Shown here one piece after another: positions 38,472 to 52,009 of a stretch of DNA of 64,000 bases. Source of the DNA: Diadema antillarum (lineage: Eukaryota); the NCBI RefSeq assembly GCF_040938485.1, contig NW_027271069.1, forward strand, positions 4,154,001 to 4,218,000, given 5' to 3'. The position numbers and the translations under genes are program-made. How positions within the stretch are numbered: position 1 is the first letter of the stretch; each line of letters starts with the position of its first letter. Under the pieces are notes generated by a model, which worked only from the letters and a program-made list of their open reading frames with translations, was not told where the DNA came from and did not search any database.

Positions 38472-38869
38472 TTAAAGGAGATGGCTAGTAACTGATCAGT
38501 GGGAATGCCGTTGGGGGATGATTGTTCCAATCCTTGTGGGATTTATAAGAGTAAATTATAATTGTTGTGTGAAAATAATTATTTGCTTCAGAATGGTCTC
38601 ATATTCAAGTAATGTGCAGTTTAATGTTGCCAGGTTTACATGCCTGTACAGGGCGATCGTTAACATCGTTGACAGGGCGATCGTTAACATTAAACCGCAC
38701 ATTACTTGAATATAAGGAAAGCTTGAGACCATTCTGAAGCACTAACATTTTCACACAACAGTATAGATATAATGTACTCTTAAATGAATCCCACAAGGAT
38801 TGGAACAATATGCAGCGGCATTCCCACTGATTCCCACTGATCAGGTTACTATAGCCACGAGTCCCTTAA
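38472..38869. mobile_element. TTAA-flanked fold-back MITE (Kolobok-like termini)
   Basis: TTAA-AGG...CCC-TTAA. The arms pair over most of their length (e.g. ATTGTTCCAATCCTTGTGGGATT / AATCCCACAAGGATTGGAACAAT and TGCTTCAGAATGGTCTCA / TGAGACCATTCTGAAGCA). Confidence 0.8.
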
Positions 38870-39009
38870 AGCACAAAGAAGGGTAGACCTATCATATATA
38901 TCCCATACAAAAAGATGGAAAGCCAGACAGATGAGCCAGAAAGAAGACGACCAGGAAAAAAATGAGAGAAAGATGGATTGTAAGGAAAGAAAGATGTCAG
39001 GAAAGAAAT

Positions 39010-39405
39010 TTAAAGGGATAGTACAGTATTGGTGGAGATAAGAGTTGGGCTTTTAACTTTTTGCGAGATATATACCAAGAAAAAACTTGTGAAATAGTAC
39101 AGAACATACCATTTTAAGAGGAATTCAAAGTTTATTTGATGAAAATCGGGTTTGGAATGACTAAAACGTCCAAAATCAAAGTAAAGCAAAGCGATCATAA
39201 TAAAAGGTGGGTCCCACACTTTATTAGAATCGCTCTGTTTTGGATATCTCAGCCATTTCAAAACCAATTTTCATCAATAAACATTGAATTCCTCATGAAA
39301 TTACATGTCCTTTCATATTTCATGAGGGGTTTCTCCTTATATCTCACCAAAAAAATGTTAGAAACCAGAAATCAGGTCTCAACCAAAACTATACGATCCC
39401 CTTAA
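39010..39405. mobile_element. TTAAAGGG-type MITE with partial internal palindrome
   Basis: TTAA termini; clearly homologous to 11059-11449 in the opposite orientation. Confidence 0.8.
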
Positions 39406-39479
39406 GGTGCAAGGAAAGAAGTAAAGAGAGAAGGAAAGGAGGAAATATGGAAACGCCATGCGAGAGTTGCAACGAACTG

Positions 39480-39624
39480 NNNNNNNNNNNNNNNNNNNNN
39501 NNNNNNNNNNNNNNNNNNNNNNNNNNNNNNNNNNNNNNNNNNNNNNNNNNNNNNNNNNNNNNNNNNNNNNNNNNNNNNNNNNNNNNNNNNNNNNNNNNNN
39601 NNNNNNNNNNNNNNNNNNNNNNNN
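39480..39624. other. Assembly gap (N)
   Basis: Run of N. Confidence 1.
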
Positions 39625-39914
39625 AAACACGGCTACGATGAAAAGGAGTGTGTGGTACCACTAACAGACAGCGAGTTCTGTGAGTGGTACGCATCCATGT
39701 ACTGTACAAGCAGGGAGGTGAGACTAGGCGCTTATGGCGCTAGACATGACAGGAATACACATCATTAAAATGTACACGGCAACAGCATACAAAATTTTAC
39801 CCACGTGTTCGGAACTTAGCCACCCTGAGAGGAAGTGATCGACTATATTACTGGCATTTACCGGACCCTACTCCCCTGCAGACAACAGAATACCGATACT
39901 CATCAATACTCAGT

Positions 39915-40552
39915 ATGTCGTTTTTTATCCGTGGATCGAAGGGCAAGACAGCAACGAAATCATCGAAAAGGAAAAAGGTAAGTATTCGCACCATTTTTAT
40001 GACATCACAGCACGGGAGATCGCTGACTTCGTTCGAGTGGGTGAAAACCGCGAACCGGGGGTGCGTCGGCTTGGGATGAGACGAGTTCGTGGGTACGGTG
40101 GCTTGTTCCGTGGCGGGGTTCGATAGTGTTGGTAGAATAGAAGTGATAGCAAGCTTTCCTCTGATTTTCAGCCCTTGTTTGTGGATGTGTGTGGCTGGCT
40201 GCAGGTTCTGCTAGTGACTACCGTAGTGTCATGGCAGATGTTGGCAGGGAGTTTATGTTCCAGGCACAATTACAACTACCGCGCAAGGAGTATGATTGGT
40301 GAATATGAATACTGAGATATTGAGTATAAGATTTAAAGATAGATTTACTAATGTAAATTTTATGTAGATTCTAGAAGGAAGAATTCTGGAAGAATGTAAA
40401 ATGTAGTCTACATTTATTTGGCAGTCATGCACTTTATAGCTAGGGCCCTCATCTCATTACCCCATATTTCCCATATCGAATATGGCCATATCAGGGCCGG
40501 CGGAGCATTTTCAAAAGTTTTGGGGCCCACTTCCGGGTTTCATGGGCTAACA

Positions 40553-40583
<31 letters not shown>

Positions 40584-43500
40584 GGTCCTCAGCTCATCTC
40601 TCCCCTTCCATTTCTGGGTTTCTTCAGCTGACAAGCACAACAAAAAAAAACAACAAAACAACAAAAGAAGGTCCTCACATCATCTCTCCCCTTCCATTTC
40701 CGGATTTTTCAGCTGAAAAGATCTTCAGTGAAAAACATAACCTTACAGCGCTCACAATTCAAGATCTCTATCTATTTCTATTTAGTGCCACTTACGTACT
40801 TCCACTTCCAGGTTAAAAAAAGTGTGGGGGCCCAAAGTGATGACACCTTATGTATTCCTTTCTATGTTGCACAAAAAGTGGGGGGCCCGAGCCCCCACGG
40901 CCCCCACGGTTCCGCCGGCCATGCATATCATGTGCCCAGGTGATATCCCATGTCATGATCCCATGAACCACCACGCATAAGTGATCATGCACTGAGCAGC
41001 TGGCGAGCTTCTCGTTGTTCGGAACATGTGTGCTACATACATGGATTTTTTTTTCCAGGGTATCCCTTCAGGCAAGGATGGTGCTGGGACAATGAAAAAG
41101 AAGAAACTGTCAAAGTTGGAGCAGGAAGAAATTCCAAGTGATTCTGACATTGAAAGGTACAACTACAATTGTAACGACGACTTTGTTGTTTCTTTTTTCC
41201 CTAAGTGTAGCACAGGTGACAAGTTACGTATTCATTGGTGTTTGCTCCTGTTCCTCCCCCTTTTTATAAAGGCCCTATTTATTTATTTATTTTTACTTTC
41301 AGGTATTAAAATAACATGGTTTTATTTCATTGTGATGCAAAGATATAATATGAATCTGTCATGGAAAGAACCTATGTACAAACCTTGGGTCACACACAAT
41401 ATATTACAGGTCAGTTTGGACATCTGATTGGTCACTCTGAGTCAATCTTATGGTGTTATAAATCCTCTATTGTAGTAGTACTAGCTCATTTGACCAGGGC
41501 CCAGGGCAAGTGATACTGTCATGCATCTAGAAGAAAGGGCTACAACTGTACTTGCTGTTTTAGAGTATGGTGCCCATGCCCAAATGCTTATTCAGATAAT
41601 AAAAAGAAGAAATATTTCTGTATGTAATGCCCTTGCAAGGTGAATATGAGTTTCTTTTACTACTAAAAAACGATTTCGTAACATACCTGTGCATTTCTTG
41701 AGTTTCAAGTTTCTTCGAAAAAGTTCATTAAAAACTTGCATCTCTTACTGTGAGCACTTTATTTAGATGACTATTGCCTGTCACTACAGGATGAATGGTT
41801 TATACACTTATTGTATCTGTAGCCTCCAATTTCAAATACACTGTACAGTAATTTCTGCCATATTTTGAACAAATTCGTAGCAAATGTTTTCCTTTAGCAT
41901 TTTTGATCCTGCATATTTTCGGTTTATGATTTGATGTAGTAATTTCAGGAAGTGACTGCATGAAGGTGGAAATCAGGATTATAATTGACAGAGTATTTGG
42001 TTATGAATTACAGTTGTAGACACCATGCATCCTTTTCTGATAAAATGCTGTGAATTGTTTTTTTCTCTCTCTGTTACTTTCTCTCTTTCCCATTTTATTT
42101 TCTAAAGTGATGATGCCAATGATGAAGGCTGGGCATCAAAAGGTGCCTCGGAGGAAGAAGAGGACCAGGAGACTGCTCAAGAGAAGCGTCTCCGTCTCAC
42201 AAAGCAATACCTTGCCCAGTTGGAAAGAGAAGGTAACTAATGATAAAAATGATAGTAATGGAGTCTTTTAGTGTGCCATGTCTGTCACACAGTGGCACTC
42301 CTGGCGCAGAAAGGAAAGAACTCCTCTCACATTGCTTCATTCAGGAAAAGACCACAATTGAAACTAGAAAGAAAGCGCAAAGTTATTGGAACAAAATGTT
42401 TTGAGTTCTTTCTTGAACAGAGCGAATGAAGTCTTCATTCTCAATTTCAAACGCAGTGAGTTCCAGAGAGAAGAGCCAGACTGGGTGAAAACTCTGTTGC
42501 CCCATGAATGATGGGTGCGGGGAACTTGAAGGGTATGAGCAGTGGATGAGCGGAGAAATCTAGTTTCTGATGTGATATTTCAATGCTGATGTGATCATAT
42601 TTCTTTCAAGAAAAATGATTTGTAAATCGTTTTCCACACTCCAGCTTTGATACAAAAAGCCCCAGGCTGAAGGTCATGGTGAAGAATTCGACACTAAATC
42701 TAAAATCTCTATACAGATTGCTCTTTGGTCAAAACAAATGGTCAGTAAAAAGTGATAGGATTGCTGGTAGTAATTTGTGCAATCATAAAAGAAGAATGAA
42801 GCAAACGTTCCAGAACATTGACAAGAATTTTTGTCATTCCGTAGCACAAAAATGTAAAGAAACCTGATTGCAATTTCTGTTCCCCCTTTATTAATGTTTC
42901 AAATGATTTTGTCTTCATTGTAAATACTCACTCTCTTTAGAAAATGAGACAGCAGATTCCCTGACACCGGATAAAGATGCCATTGCCCACAGGTTACAAT
43001 CAGAACTGGTAAGTGCTAACCAGTGTTGGTGTTGGAAGAATCAACCTAACCTAAATTCTAGTTTCTAATTTTGAATTCCAGCTTTTGTATCACAGCTATA
43101 ATTGCCAAATGGCAGATCACATGTACCTCAGCAGTTTGCAAAAGATTCCTCCCATAAAGCACTTTGCGTTGCAAGTATGGGCACTTTTATGCATGTGCTA
43201 TGTGTAAAAATCCTTTATTGTATAGACAAAACATTTATATGTAAATTATATTAGGAGCATATATGTTTTGTCCTTTTCTCATTCAATGTTCATTGAGATT
43301 AAATGTGTCTATGAAGAAATGTCAATATAGGTTGTTGTTTTTTTTTGTTTTTTTTTTTGAAGGAACACTTTTGCATAATCTCTTATAGAAAGGAGATGAT
43401 AACAAAGTGTAGGCAAATGTGCTTCTGCAAAAGATTTGAAACTTTTTTCTTCTGTTTAAGAGACTGTTTAGAGATGTTTTGGAGACAGTGCATGCAATCC

Positions 43501-46500
43501 TCTGAACCAGAAATCCCCTTCTACACACTCCTGTAGTGTACTGTTCTTTGATGTACTTACAGTTAATTTGTATGTCTGGGTAATACCAAGCTTTCTTTTT
43601 TCACTGTTTATCTCAGTTAGAACAGAGTGGAAAACTGCAGAAGCAAGTTGCAGCTGATTACATAGCGCCCTCAGGTGACAACCTGCAAATACTGAGAGGT
43701 CATCAGCTTGCCATCACATGCCTTGTCATATCGTCTGACAACAAACATATATTTAGTGCTGGCAAGGACTGTGCCATTATCAAGTGTGAGTGTGTCTGGA
43801 CTCAAGACATTTTCTGTACAACTACAAAGGTGGAGATTTCCTGTGATTATTATTTTGTTTTTTCCACAGGTCCTATTTCTGTGAACTTTTAAGTTTCTTG
43901 CCAAATTTATAAGTGAGAGACTGTTATAGATACTTGAATTTCCCCAAAAAAGTCTTAGTTGCCTAAGTTCAATGGAGCCTTCAATTTTGTGACAAATTTC
44001 CACAGCTTGAAATACTCCACATCAAAAGTGGAGTGAGTCTTTTCATATGATCATACTGCCAAAAATGGAGATCTTTTTGATTGTGTATAGGCCTCATGCA
44101 TGTTTAAGGTGTGCAGTATTCTCAAGTACACTAACAAACCCTTGTAGACTAGTAGGTGATGATGACTTTTGTGTTGGGGAACATACAGAATGATCTAATC
44201 CCAGAGTTTGACATGCTATTTCAGGGATGTTATAAGTCCCTCAACAGTAACCTCCCTTCATAGCATTCCAACCCCTTTGAATGGATTATTCTGTATGTCC
44301 CGTCCCACACCAGTCGTCTATATAATGTAAGTGGAAAACTCCCTGCCGCAAATGTATAACAAAATGACAGGAATGATGATAGCATCAGTGGAGAAATATT
44401 ATGAAAATGTTGTACTAATTCTTATACCTCGGCAGCTTCAGCCTTATAAGTTTCAAGTAAAAACTGGAAATTACTCTTGTGCATGGATGTGTGGTCTCTA
44501 TCAGCAAATTTTTGTACCTTTTTTCATTGAATTTTTTTTAATACCAGGGAATGCAGAGACGGGGAAGAAGGAGCACAAGATTCCTGGTGGCCGCAAGGGA
44601 ACTGAGGACACACATGTGGGACACACCGCTCATGTATTGGCCCTGGCGATATCATCCGATAATGCATTCCTGGTGAGTAGGTTGGTAAAAGATTGGGTGT
44701 GGAATGGAACCACCCAGTCTCTCGATTTTCTGAGCAGAGACTCTTTTGCTGATGCATCATTCTCCTGACCTCCTGACAACAAGTCAAATTTTCTCCTGCT
44801 TTTGATTAATTATATGTAAATGAATTTTCTTTATTTATGCTCCTGCTACAAAAGCATCTGAAGGCATTATTTGTCTTTGTTTTGTTTGTTTTTTAAAGGA
44901 AAATGTAATAAATGTAAAGATCTGTTATCTTGATTTTTGCTTGATGTGCTTTAGAAAAAAAAGAAGGAAGAAAGAAACAAAAAATATCATCACAGAACAC
45001 ATTCATTCCATTGGTCGTGAGCAGAGAAGGACAAGATTCAAAGATTGTTCCATCATCATTTTAAACAAAAAAGAGTAAATTAAAATTTTTCCTTATTTTG
45101 CCATCAGTGGATGAAAGTGAAGTGTTGCTCATTTTTTTCACATGTTTTGTCTGAAGGTTTCCGGCTGTAGAAATAAAGTGATCCACGTTTGGGACCCTCA
45201 CACTTGTCAGCGTAAGCACACATTCAAGGGCCATAGGGATGCCGTCTCGGTAAGTTGTTCTGGCTGAAGTTTCTGGAGACCGTGCTGACAGTTTGTCATG
45301 AGTTGGAAAATAAATCTTGATTGACATAACAAATAAGTTTGGGATGCATGGTGATAAGTAAATGAACAGTGATTTAGTCTTATGAAAGGGATGTTGGATT
45401 TTACATGACTACTTCTTGTCTTCTGTACTCCAGTGCTATGAGAGTAAAAATTATCACAGTGCAGAAATTTTGGGGGCATTTTGTATGATGTGACACTCGT
45501 ACAAAAATAAAAGCATGTGAATTCATAATGCAGATCAGTTACTTTTTACTGTAATATGTTCTACCATATTAATAGTGAGCTGTGTCATCAAATCAAAGTA
45601 ATATGTTCTGCCATATTAATGGTGAGCTGTGTCATCAAATCAAAAACTGGAATTCGTCGTACCCGGCTGCAAGCGAAAAATTAATGGCATGAAAATTTGC
45701 TTGCACCATTGCTAATTTGTGGTAGTGTGCCCTCTTTGTGTTTGATAATCCATGAGATTAATTTCCATCATGAGAACTTTCCTGTGGTAGTTTTCATGTC
45801 TACCTATCTTTAGTAATAATCATTCCATATGTGACTAATGTGTCTTAATCATAATGATTTGTGCATTTACTCAGAATAATGAAGTATGTAGATATGCGTG
45901 GAAATACATGTATATCAATTATTGAAGCTTTCTTATGTTGTTGTTCTGAAGGGTCTGGCGTTCAGGAGAGGTACACATCAGCTCTTCAGTGCATCACATG
46001 ATCGCTCAGTCAAGATCTGGAATCTGGATGAAATGGCCTATGTTGAGACATTGTAAGTAAAGCACGATGATGATTCATTGGGCTCTCATGTGGATTTACT
46101 CCTAGCTGGTGCTTTTAGTTATTGCATGCTTTAGAATGTCAGCATGAAATATTTGATGATTTGTGAGAGACAAAATTTTGAAGTGGCATCGATTAAAGAC
46201 AGCAGTCTTGCTTCAGGCCACCAACCGAAGTCTATCGTATGGCAATCTGATGAATCCCACTTGTGTTGGTCGAATATCGGGTCAGTGTCAGATATGCAAG
46301 CAGCTGTAAAAAAAGAATAGTGTGAATTGTATTTCATTCTATCATGTGTGTAAATGTCAGATTATTAATGGAGGTTTATTTGATTTCATTGTTGTTGAAT
46401 TCTGATATTCTGTGCTTGATCAGGATAATTTCTCATTTCAGTATCTTTAAACATAATCGTCGCCCTCTCTTTCTACAATTTTGGTCATATTTAACATGCT

Positions 46501-49500
46501 TTAGAAGCATGGATGTTGCATAGTTGGATCTGATTTTGTCTTGTGAAGGTGAAATGTATGTATTATGTAATGTAGATTGATAGCTTATTTCCTAGACATG
46601 TAGATGTAATAGGGCTTTTGTCAAATTTATAATGAAATAGATGGGGCAATTTTGAAGTGCTAAGAAACATTTTTGTGTAATACAGATTTGGTCACCAGGA
46701 TGCCATTACAGCAGTAGACAGTCTAACAAGGGACCGTGCCATTACGTCAGGAGGGAGGGACAACTCTATCCGGATCTGGAAAGTTCTGGAGGAGTCACAA
46801 CTCATCTTTCATGGCCACTCGTAAGACTTCCCTTTTTCACCCTATCTTCTGTTATTTCAAATACGAAGACAGAAAGAAAAAATGTTTATTGGACTTTTTT
46901 ACTGGAAGCAACACTGATATCTCCATTAAAAGTATGCTATCCAGACTCATTGTTCATTCCAATTTCATTGTATTTTGTACTTTGCTCATGTATGTCTTGT
47001 GTACCATTTTGCCAAATTGGGTAAAGCAAAGCAAATTAGTTTCACAGGTTTAAAGTTCTTATGGCAGCCTGTCTCCTGTTTTCCATTTCTGTAGGCATCA
47101 TTGAAGGAATTGTCAGAGCTCTCGCAGAGAACAGTGTGTACATTTAGAGAGGCTGCTGTATATGCCACTTACTTTGCGAGGTTTTTATTTCTGTTAATTT
47201 TGCATGTCAAGTGCTCTTTAGCAATTTATCAGCATATGAAAATATTTCCTATGATCACGACATGAAGTAACATATCATTTTCAGTTTTAACATTTTTGTT
47301 TATTACTTGATAAGTGAGGGTAATAACATTAAGAAGTTACTCTGGCATGTTAATGTTGTATAATGAAAAAAGAGAAAAGATAAGAATTAACCTAACCCCA
47401 CCACCATTTCTTGAAATAATTCAATCATTTACCAAAAATACTATATATTCTATCATGCAGGGGGTCCATTGACTGTGTGAGGCTGATCAATGAAGAGCAT
47501 TTCATTTCTGGCTCAGATGATGGGTAAGTTGCAGAAAACCAGATTCAGTACATTAAGTTTAAGTTAGGTAACTTGTTCAATGCGTTCAACAGGAATAAGC
47601 ATGGGAAACCTTATGAAAGAACCAATGTGGCTTGAATGAGGGCTCTCGGGGAGCTGAGAGGACACAGAATATTGTTTGATACCACAACAGTCATCATCAG
47701 ATCTCCCTTTGGCAACGATTATTTCCTGCCTTCAGTCTTAACCCGTTGAGGATGGGCTGATTTTGCTACAACACGCATTTCCCATAGACACTTGCCCGAG
47801 TATACTCGGGACTCGTCCTCTATGGGTTAAAGACCTGGTAGCATGGGGAGGGAAAGATGGGCAGATAGAATCAAATTTCATTTGCTGAATTGCCCATCAG
47901 CAAATACGTGTATGTGCATTGAAGCTTACGCTCGTAGGTAGCGTTTGACTCAAGCCAAGATTCGTTGGCTGTGGGTTCTTACATAGAGATCAGTAATACA
48001 GCTGTACACAATTCGTTTCGGAAATTCCCAAATATATCTGAGTAGGACCAGTCTTCTCACCCCACAGTAACCCCACTTTACTGGGTCTGTAAGGAGTGAC
48101 ATGGACGAGTTTTGAAACCATTTTCTTCATGGTTGTCCATCTAAGTCCAGTTGATTAGATTGAGTAATTTGTCTAACTTTAGATAATACCTACCTTCATG
48201 ACTCAAAATCTAGGCTAAAAGTTTATAGATTTTGTTCTTTTCATAAAAGTAAAACAGAGGGCTCGCTGCAAGTTATGTGCCCCATGTGCATCTGAGAGCT
48301 GAAGTTGGTAGCATGATATGTTCTCTGAGATATTGTCTTTCCATCCCTCTGCACTAATAGCATCACAGACACACCCACAAACAAACAAACCCCACCACAC
48401 ACATACACACAATGTTAAAAATTGTATCTCAGCAATGTGCAGATCCACACACACATACACACAATGTTCAAATTTTATCTCAACAATGTGCAGATCCATC
48501 GCTATTTGGAGCGTCATGAAGAAGAAACCGTTGCAGACCATACAAAATGCCCATCCTGGTCCTGACACAACAGCAGAGGGCGCAATGCACAAGGAAAACT
48601 GGATATCCTCGGTAGCAGCACTTCAAGGAACAGACTTAGTGGCATCAGGTGACTATTTTATAGAGAACTATAAAATTAAATGGTCGAATGTGTAATCTCT
48701 ATCAAGTTTGGTCCAAAGTATGCTGAAGTTTTATTATATGATTCAGCTCTTCTTAGGTTACATTATTTTGCTCTTCAGGAGGTAAAAGCAGAAGAAATGT
48801 CATTTATGTTTGTACATTTTCTTCTTTTCCACATGGAAGTAATTTGTTTTTGTCCCTGGGCATATTTTTGCCAACTGCCAGATTTTTTTGTTTTGTACGT
48901 GTGGAAACAACACTTGGTCCTCAAAAATCAGTTGAAAAACAATTACTTAATTTCATCTAGTGACAGAATTGGTCAGAATATAAAACTGTATTAGCTGAGT
49001 AACGGCAGTAAGCTTCTAGGTCCTGATGTATGAGGACTTGAAAACTGGTTAAGGCACTATAAATTTCTTTATCTTCCCAAGGGAGTACACCATGTTCATA
49101 TGTGAAATTAGATATAGTCAGATTATTACAGTGAACTCCCATTGCAATGAAGTCCTCGAGACTGGCAGTTTTCTTTCATTATATCGAAATTTCATTATAA
49201 TCGAACAACTAAACAATGAGAGTACGTAGAGCTGATAACGTTTCGGCCTGAGTTTTGATTTCGTTGTATTCAGAATTTCGTTATAACTGTGTTCGTTATA
49301 ATGGGAATGCACTGTATTGTTTTATTTTGCGTGTTGCTTCTACAGGTAATGCCATTCGAATCTGACTTGTCAGCACTAGTTGGTTGTCCGTTCATAATGT
49401 AGTTTAAAAGATATCACACTGTTCACAGAAGTGAAAATTGCAATGAATGATGATTTTTGTTAGCAGGATCAAAGGATGGCTGTATCAGGTTCTGGCAGTG

Positions 49501-50479
49501 CTCCGATGGCTACAGGTCATTGACCCCTATTTTTACACTCCCACTGGTGAGCAAAACTCAGTATTACATGTACAGGATTTGGAGAAAAAAACATTTGGCC
49601 ACATTTGTTCAGGAGACTTAAGTAAGGGACTGAAATGATGTATATATCCCCATATAATTAAATTTCTTTTTCTCTTAATTTCATGCTGAAGTAGATACGG
49701 ACATCAATGTCACAGTCTTTGGCTCCAAGTATGAAACTTGTCAAAATAAAAATCAAAAGTAAACCTGTAGTGATCAATTCTGATTGGTAGTTCGGCTCTT
49801 AATCTCCTAGTGTTCTTGTAAAGAGAACATGATAATATTATTTCTTTACCTTTAATGGCTCAGCCATAAACTTTGGTACAGTGAATTGGGGAGAATGTGC
49901 AAGCCATAATTGTGTATGTGAAGAAATTGAACATCTGTTTTGTCAGACATTTTGAATTTATGCTGCTGAGGCTTTTAGAATATGAATAGTGTACCTTGCA
50001 CTTTAATAAAAGGTTCGTTTGCACCCTTGATGGCATTTGTCAGTACACTTGTACTAAATTGTCATATTGTGGAATGGAAAGCAAATAGATAAGTTTACAG
50101 TACAACTAGCAAACTAAAAGTTTCTTTTTCTACCATACATCAAGACAAATATTTCAGACTAACAGTCTGCTATGGAAAGAGAAAATAATGTAAATATAAC
50201 TTGTGAAAAGGAAAATTATATCCTGATTCTAGTTAGCAATATATTTCTGTCTCTAGCCTCTTATTGAATTCCAGCTTTGCAGGGTATGTCATTAATGCGT
50301 TTTCTTTCTTCATCACTCATCAGGTTGGCTTTATCAATACGATGCAGTTTTCCAGTGATGGAAATTTCTTGGTTGCCGGGGTGGGGCAGGAGCACCGGCT
50401 AGGGAGGTGGTGGCGTCTGAAGGAAGCTAAGAACAGCATCGTCATTGTTCGGCTCAAGAAGAATAGCGAAGAGAAATGA
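39915..50479 (+). CDS. RRP9: U3 snoRNA-interacting protein 2 (U3-55K, WD40), 476 aa; exons 39915-39977, 41059-41156, 42108-42232, 42941-43008, 43617-43785, 44548-44672, 45157-45249, 45952-46052, 46686-46820, 47461-47523, 48494-48648, 49467-49546, 50324-50479
   Basis: Contains MSFFIRG..., ETAQEKRLRLTKQYL, LRGHQLAITCLVIS, GHRDAVSGLAFRRGTHQLFSASHDRSVKIW, FGHQDAI, ENWISSVAAL and VGFINTMQFSSDGNFLVAGVGQEHRLGRWW. All introns are GT-AG with compatible phases; total 1431 nt. Confidence 0.96.
40492..40923. mobile_element. Related MITE with 5-bp TSD CATAT (RRP9 intron 1)
   Basis: CATAT|CAGGGCCGGCGGA...TCCGCCGGCCATG|CATAT. Confidence 0.8.
47738..47830. mobile_element. Miniature piggyBac-like MITE
   Basis: TTAA|CCCGTTGAGGATG...CGTCCTCTATGGG|TTAA. 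A 5' fragment of the same family lies at ~35127. Confidence 0.7.
49129..49314. mobile_element. Tigger-like MITE with TA TSD (RRP9 intron 11)
   Basis: TA|CAGTGAACTCCCATT...AATGGGAATGCACTG|TA. A truncated relative lies at 17362-17541. Confidence 0.8.
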
Positions 50480-51407
50480 GGAGAATTAGATTAATTGATC
50501 AAGAACTGTCTGATACGTCTTCCCAATTGTCATAGTACTGTAACAGACCCATTAATATCTTTTTATTGCTACTAAATAAATGAAAAGAGGAATTTATGTA
50601 TTTTAGGAGGCCATTGTTTTCACCATTTTGTTTGAGGGAGATAGACTCCTGCGAAGAATGGGTGCTGATTGGATTGCCATGCTGCTGATAATATGATGGC
50701 AGTTTCAAATGTGTCTGGGTGAAAGATGTAGCAGATTCTTTTTCAAATCCTTCATTTTATAATGTGGTATAGTAAATGATAAGTCAAACATAACTGGGAC
50801 CATTTGAAATATAAAGGAGTATAACTTCAAAGATTGACAAACTGATTGACACTGAGTTAACATAATAAAAGATATTATTGCTTGGAAGATCGGTAAAATC
50901 CTATGTCCTTGTCTTATATGTGACCCTGCACCTCAAAACAAACAAAAAGTCGCCAGACATGAATTCTTAGTTAAGACCATATTCTGAAAGAGCAAACTTT
51001 AAGCTTTAAAATGATGTATAACTCAATTCAAATGGACTCTCTTAACCTATCTAAATATTGGAAAGAAACCACAAACTCAGGAAAAGTGTGAACTGAGAAA
51101 AGAGGCTCTGAAGTACAGTGTCTATTCAAGCGCTTAATCTTTACCAGACCGTGCTGGCTGTGCGATGAATGGGACAAAAAACAGGAAGTAAACCACCAGA
51201 GTAACAACAATGAAGAGATTATCAAATTATATTGAAATTAAGCATGCCTGATTAACACATTCTGTCCATAATTAATGCCAACTTTCAAAGCAGTAGCACT
51301 ATCCTTTCAAAAGTTATTAGAGTTGAAAGTGAAGAGTGTGGACAAGGTTTTCCAGAAATGAAAAAGGGATTCTAAAGACACACCTAATCACACTATTCCA
51401 CCAAAAA

Positions 51408-51967
51408 TGATTGATTGATTGATTAAAAGGTCTTTATTCAAATAAAATCTGAGTCGGCGACTAAAAGTCGAATTACACAGATATACAGAGATTATACAGC
51501 AAAACAGATGAAATAATAACATAATCATAATACATAAAAAATACATTACATTCAAACATTCTGTATACACAACTAATACATTTTTAACGCTACAGATTGT
51601 TATATAAATACAAAAAGAAAAAAAAATGAAAGGACATTTTATAAACAGTAGCGGTACACTCCTAATTTTTTTTTTCCACAGAAAAAAGAAAAGAAAAGGA
51701 AGAAACACTCAGGGCTACTCAACTCATTGTCGAAAGAAGAAGAAGAAAAAAAATGTAAGCTCTTCTACAGATACAAAAGGGAGTACAGGAGTTTGCAGTG
51801 TGGTTGGAAAGACGCGTCAACAACCTACACTATACATTCCACAAATACTTGCAGTAACATTATTTTGTTGGTGAGGTGATCATCCCCCTCCCCCGTAATG
51901 TACACACATTCACTACCCACTCATACCTAAAGCATTTCTCACTGGCATACTCTCTCTGTCTCTCTCG

Positions 51968-52009
<42 letters not shown>

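Noticed and set aside
42505-42575. Possible C/D snoRNA in an RRP9 intron (ATGATGG...CTGA); similar candidate near 44156
   Set aside because: Imperfect C box, no terminal stem and no recognisable guide sequence.
45551-45644. 47-bp tandem duplication in an RRP9 intron; similar ~40-bp duplication at 33020-33105
   Set aside because: Two-copy local duplications away from splice sites. No spacer structure, so not CRISPR-like.
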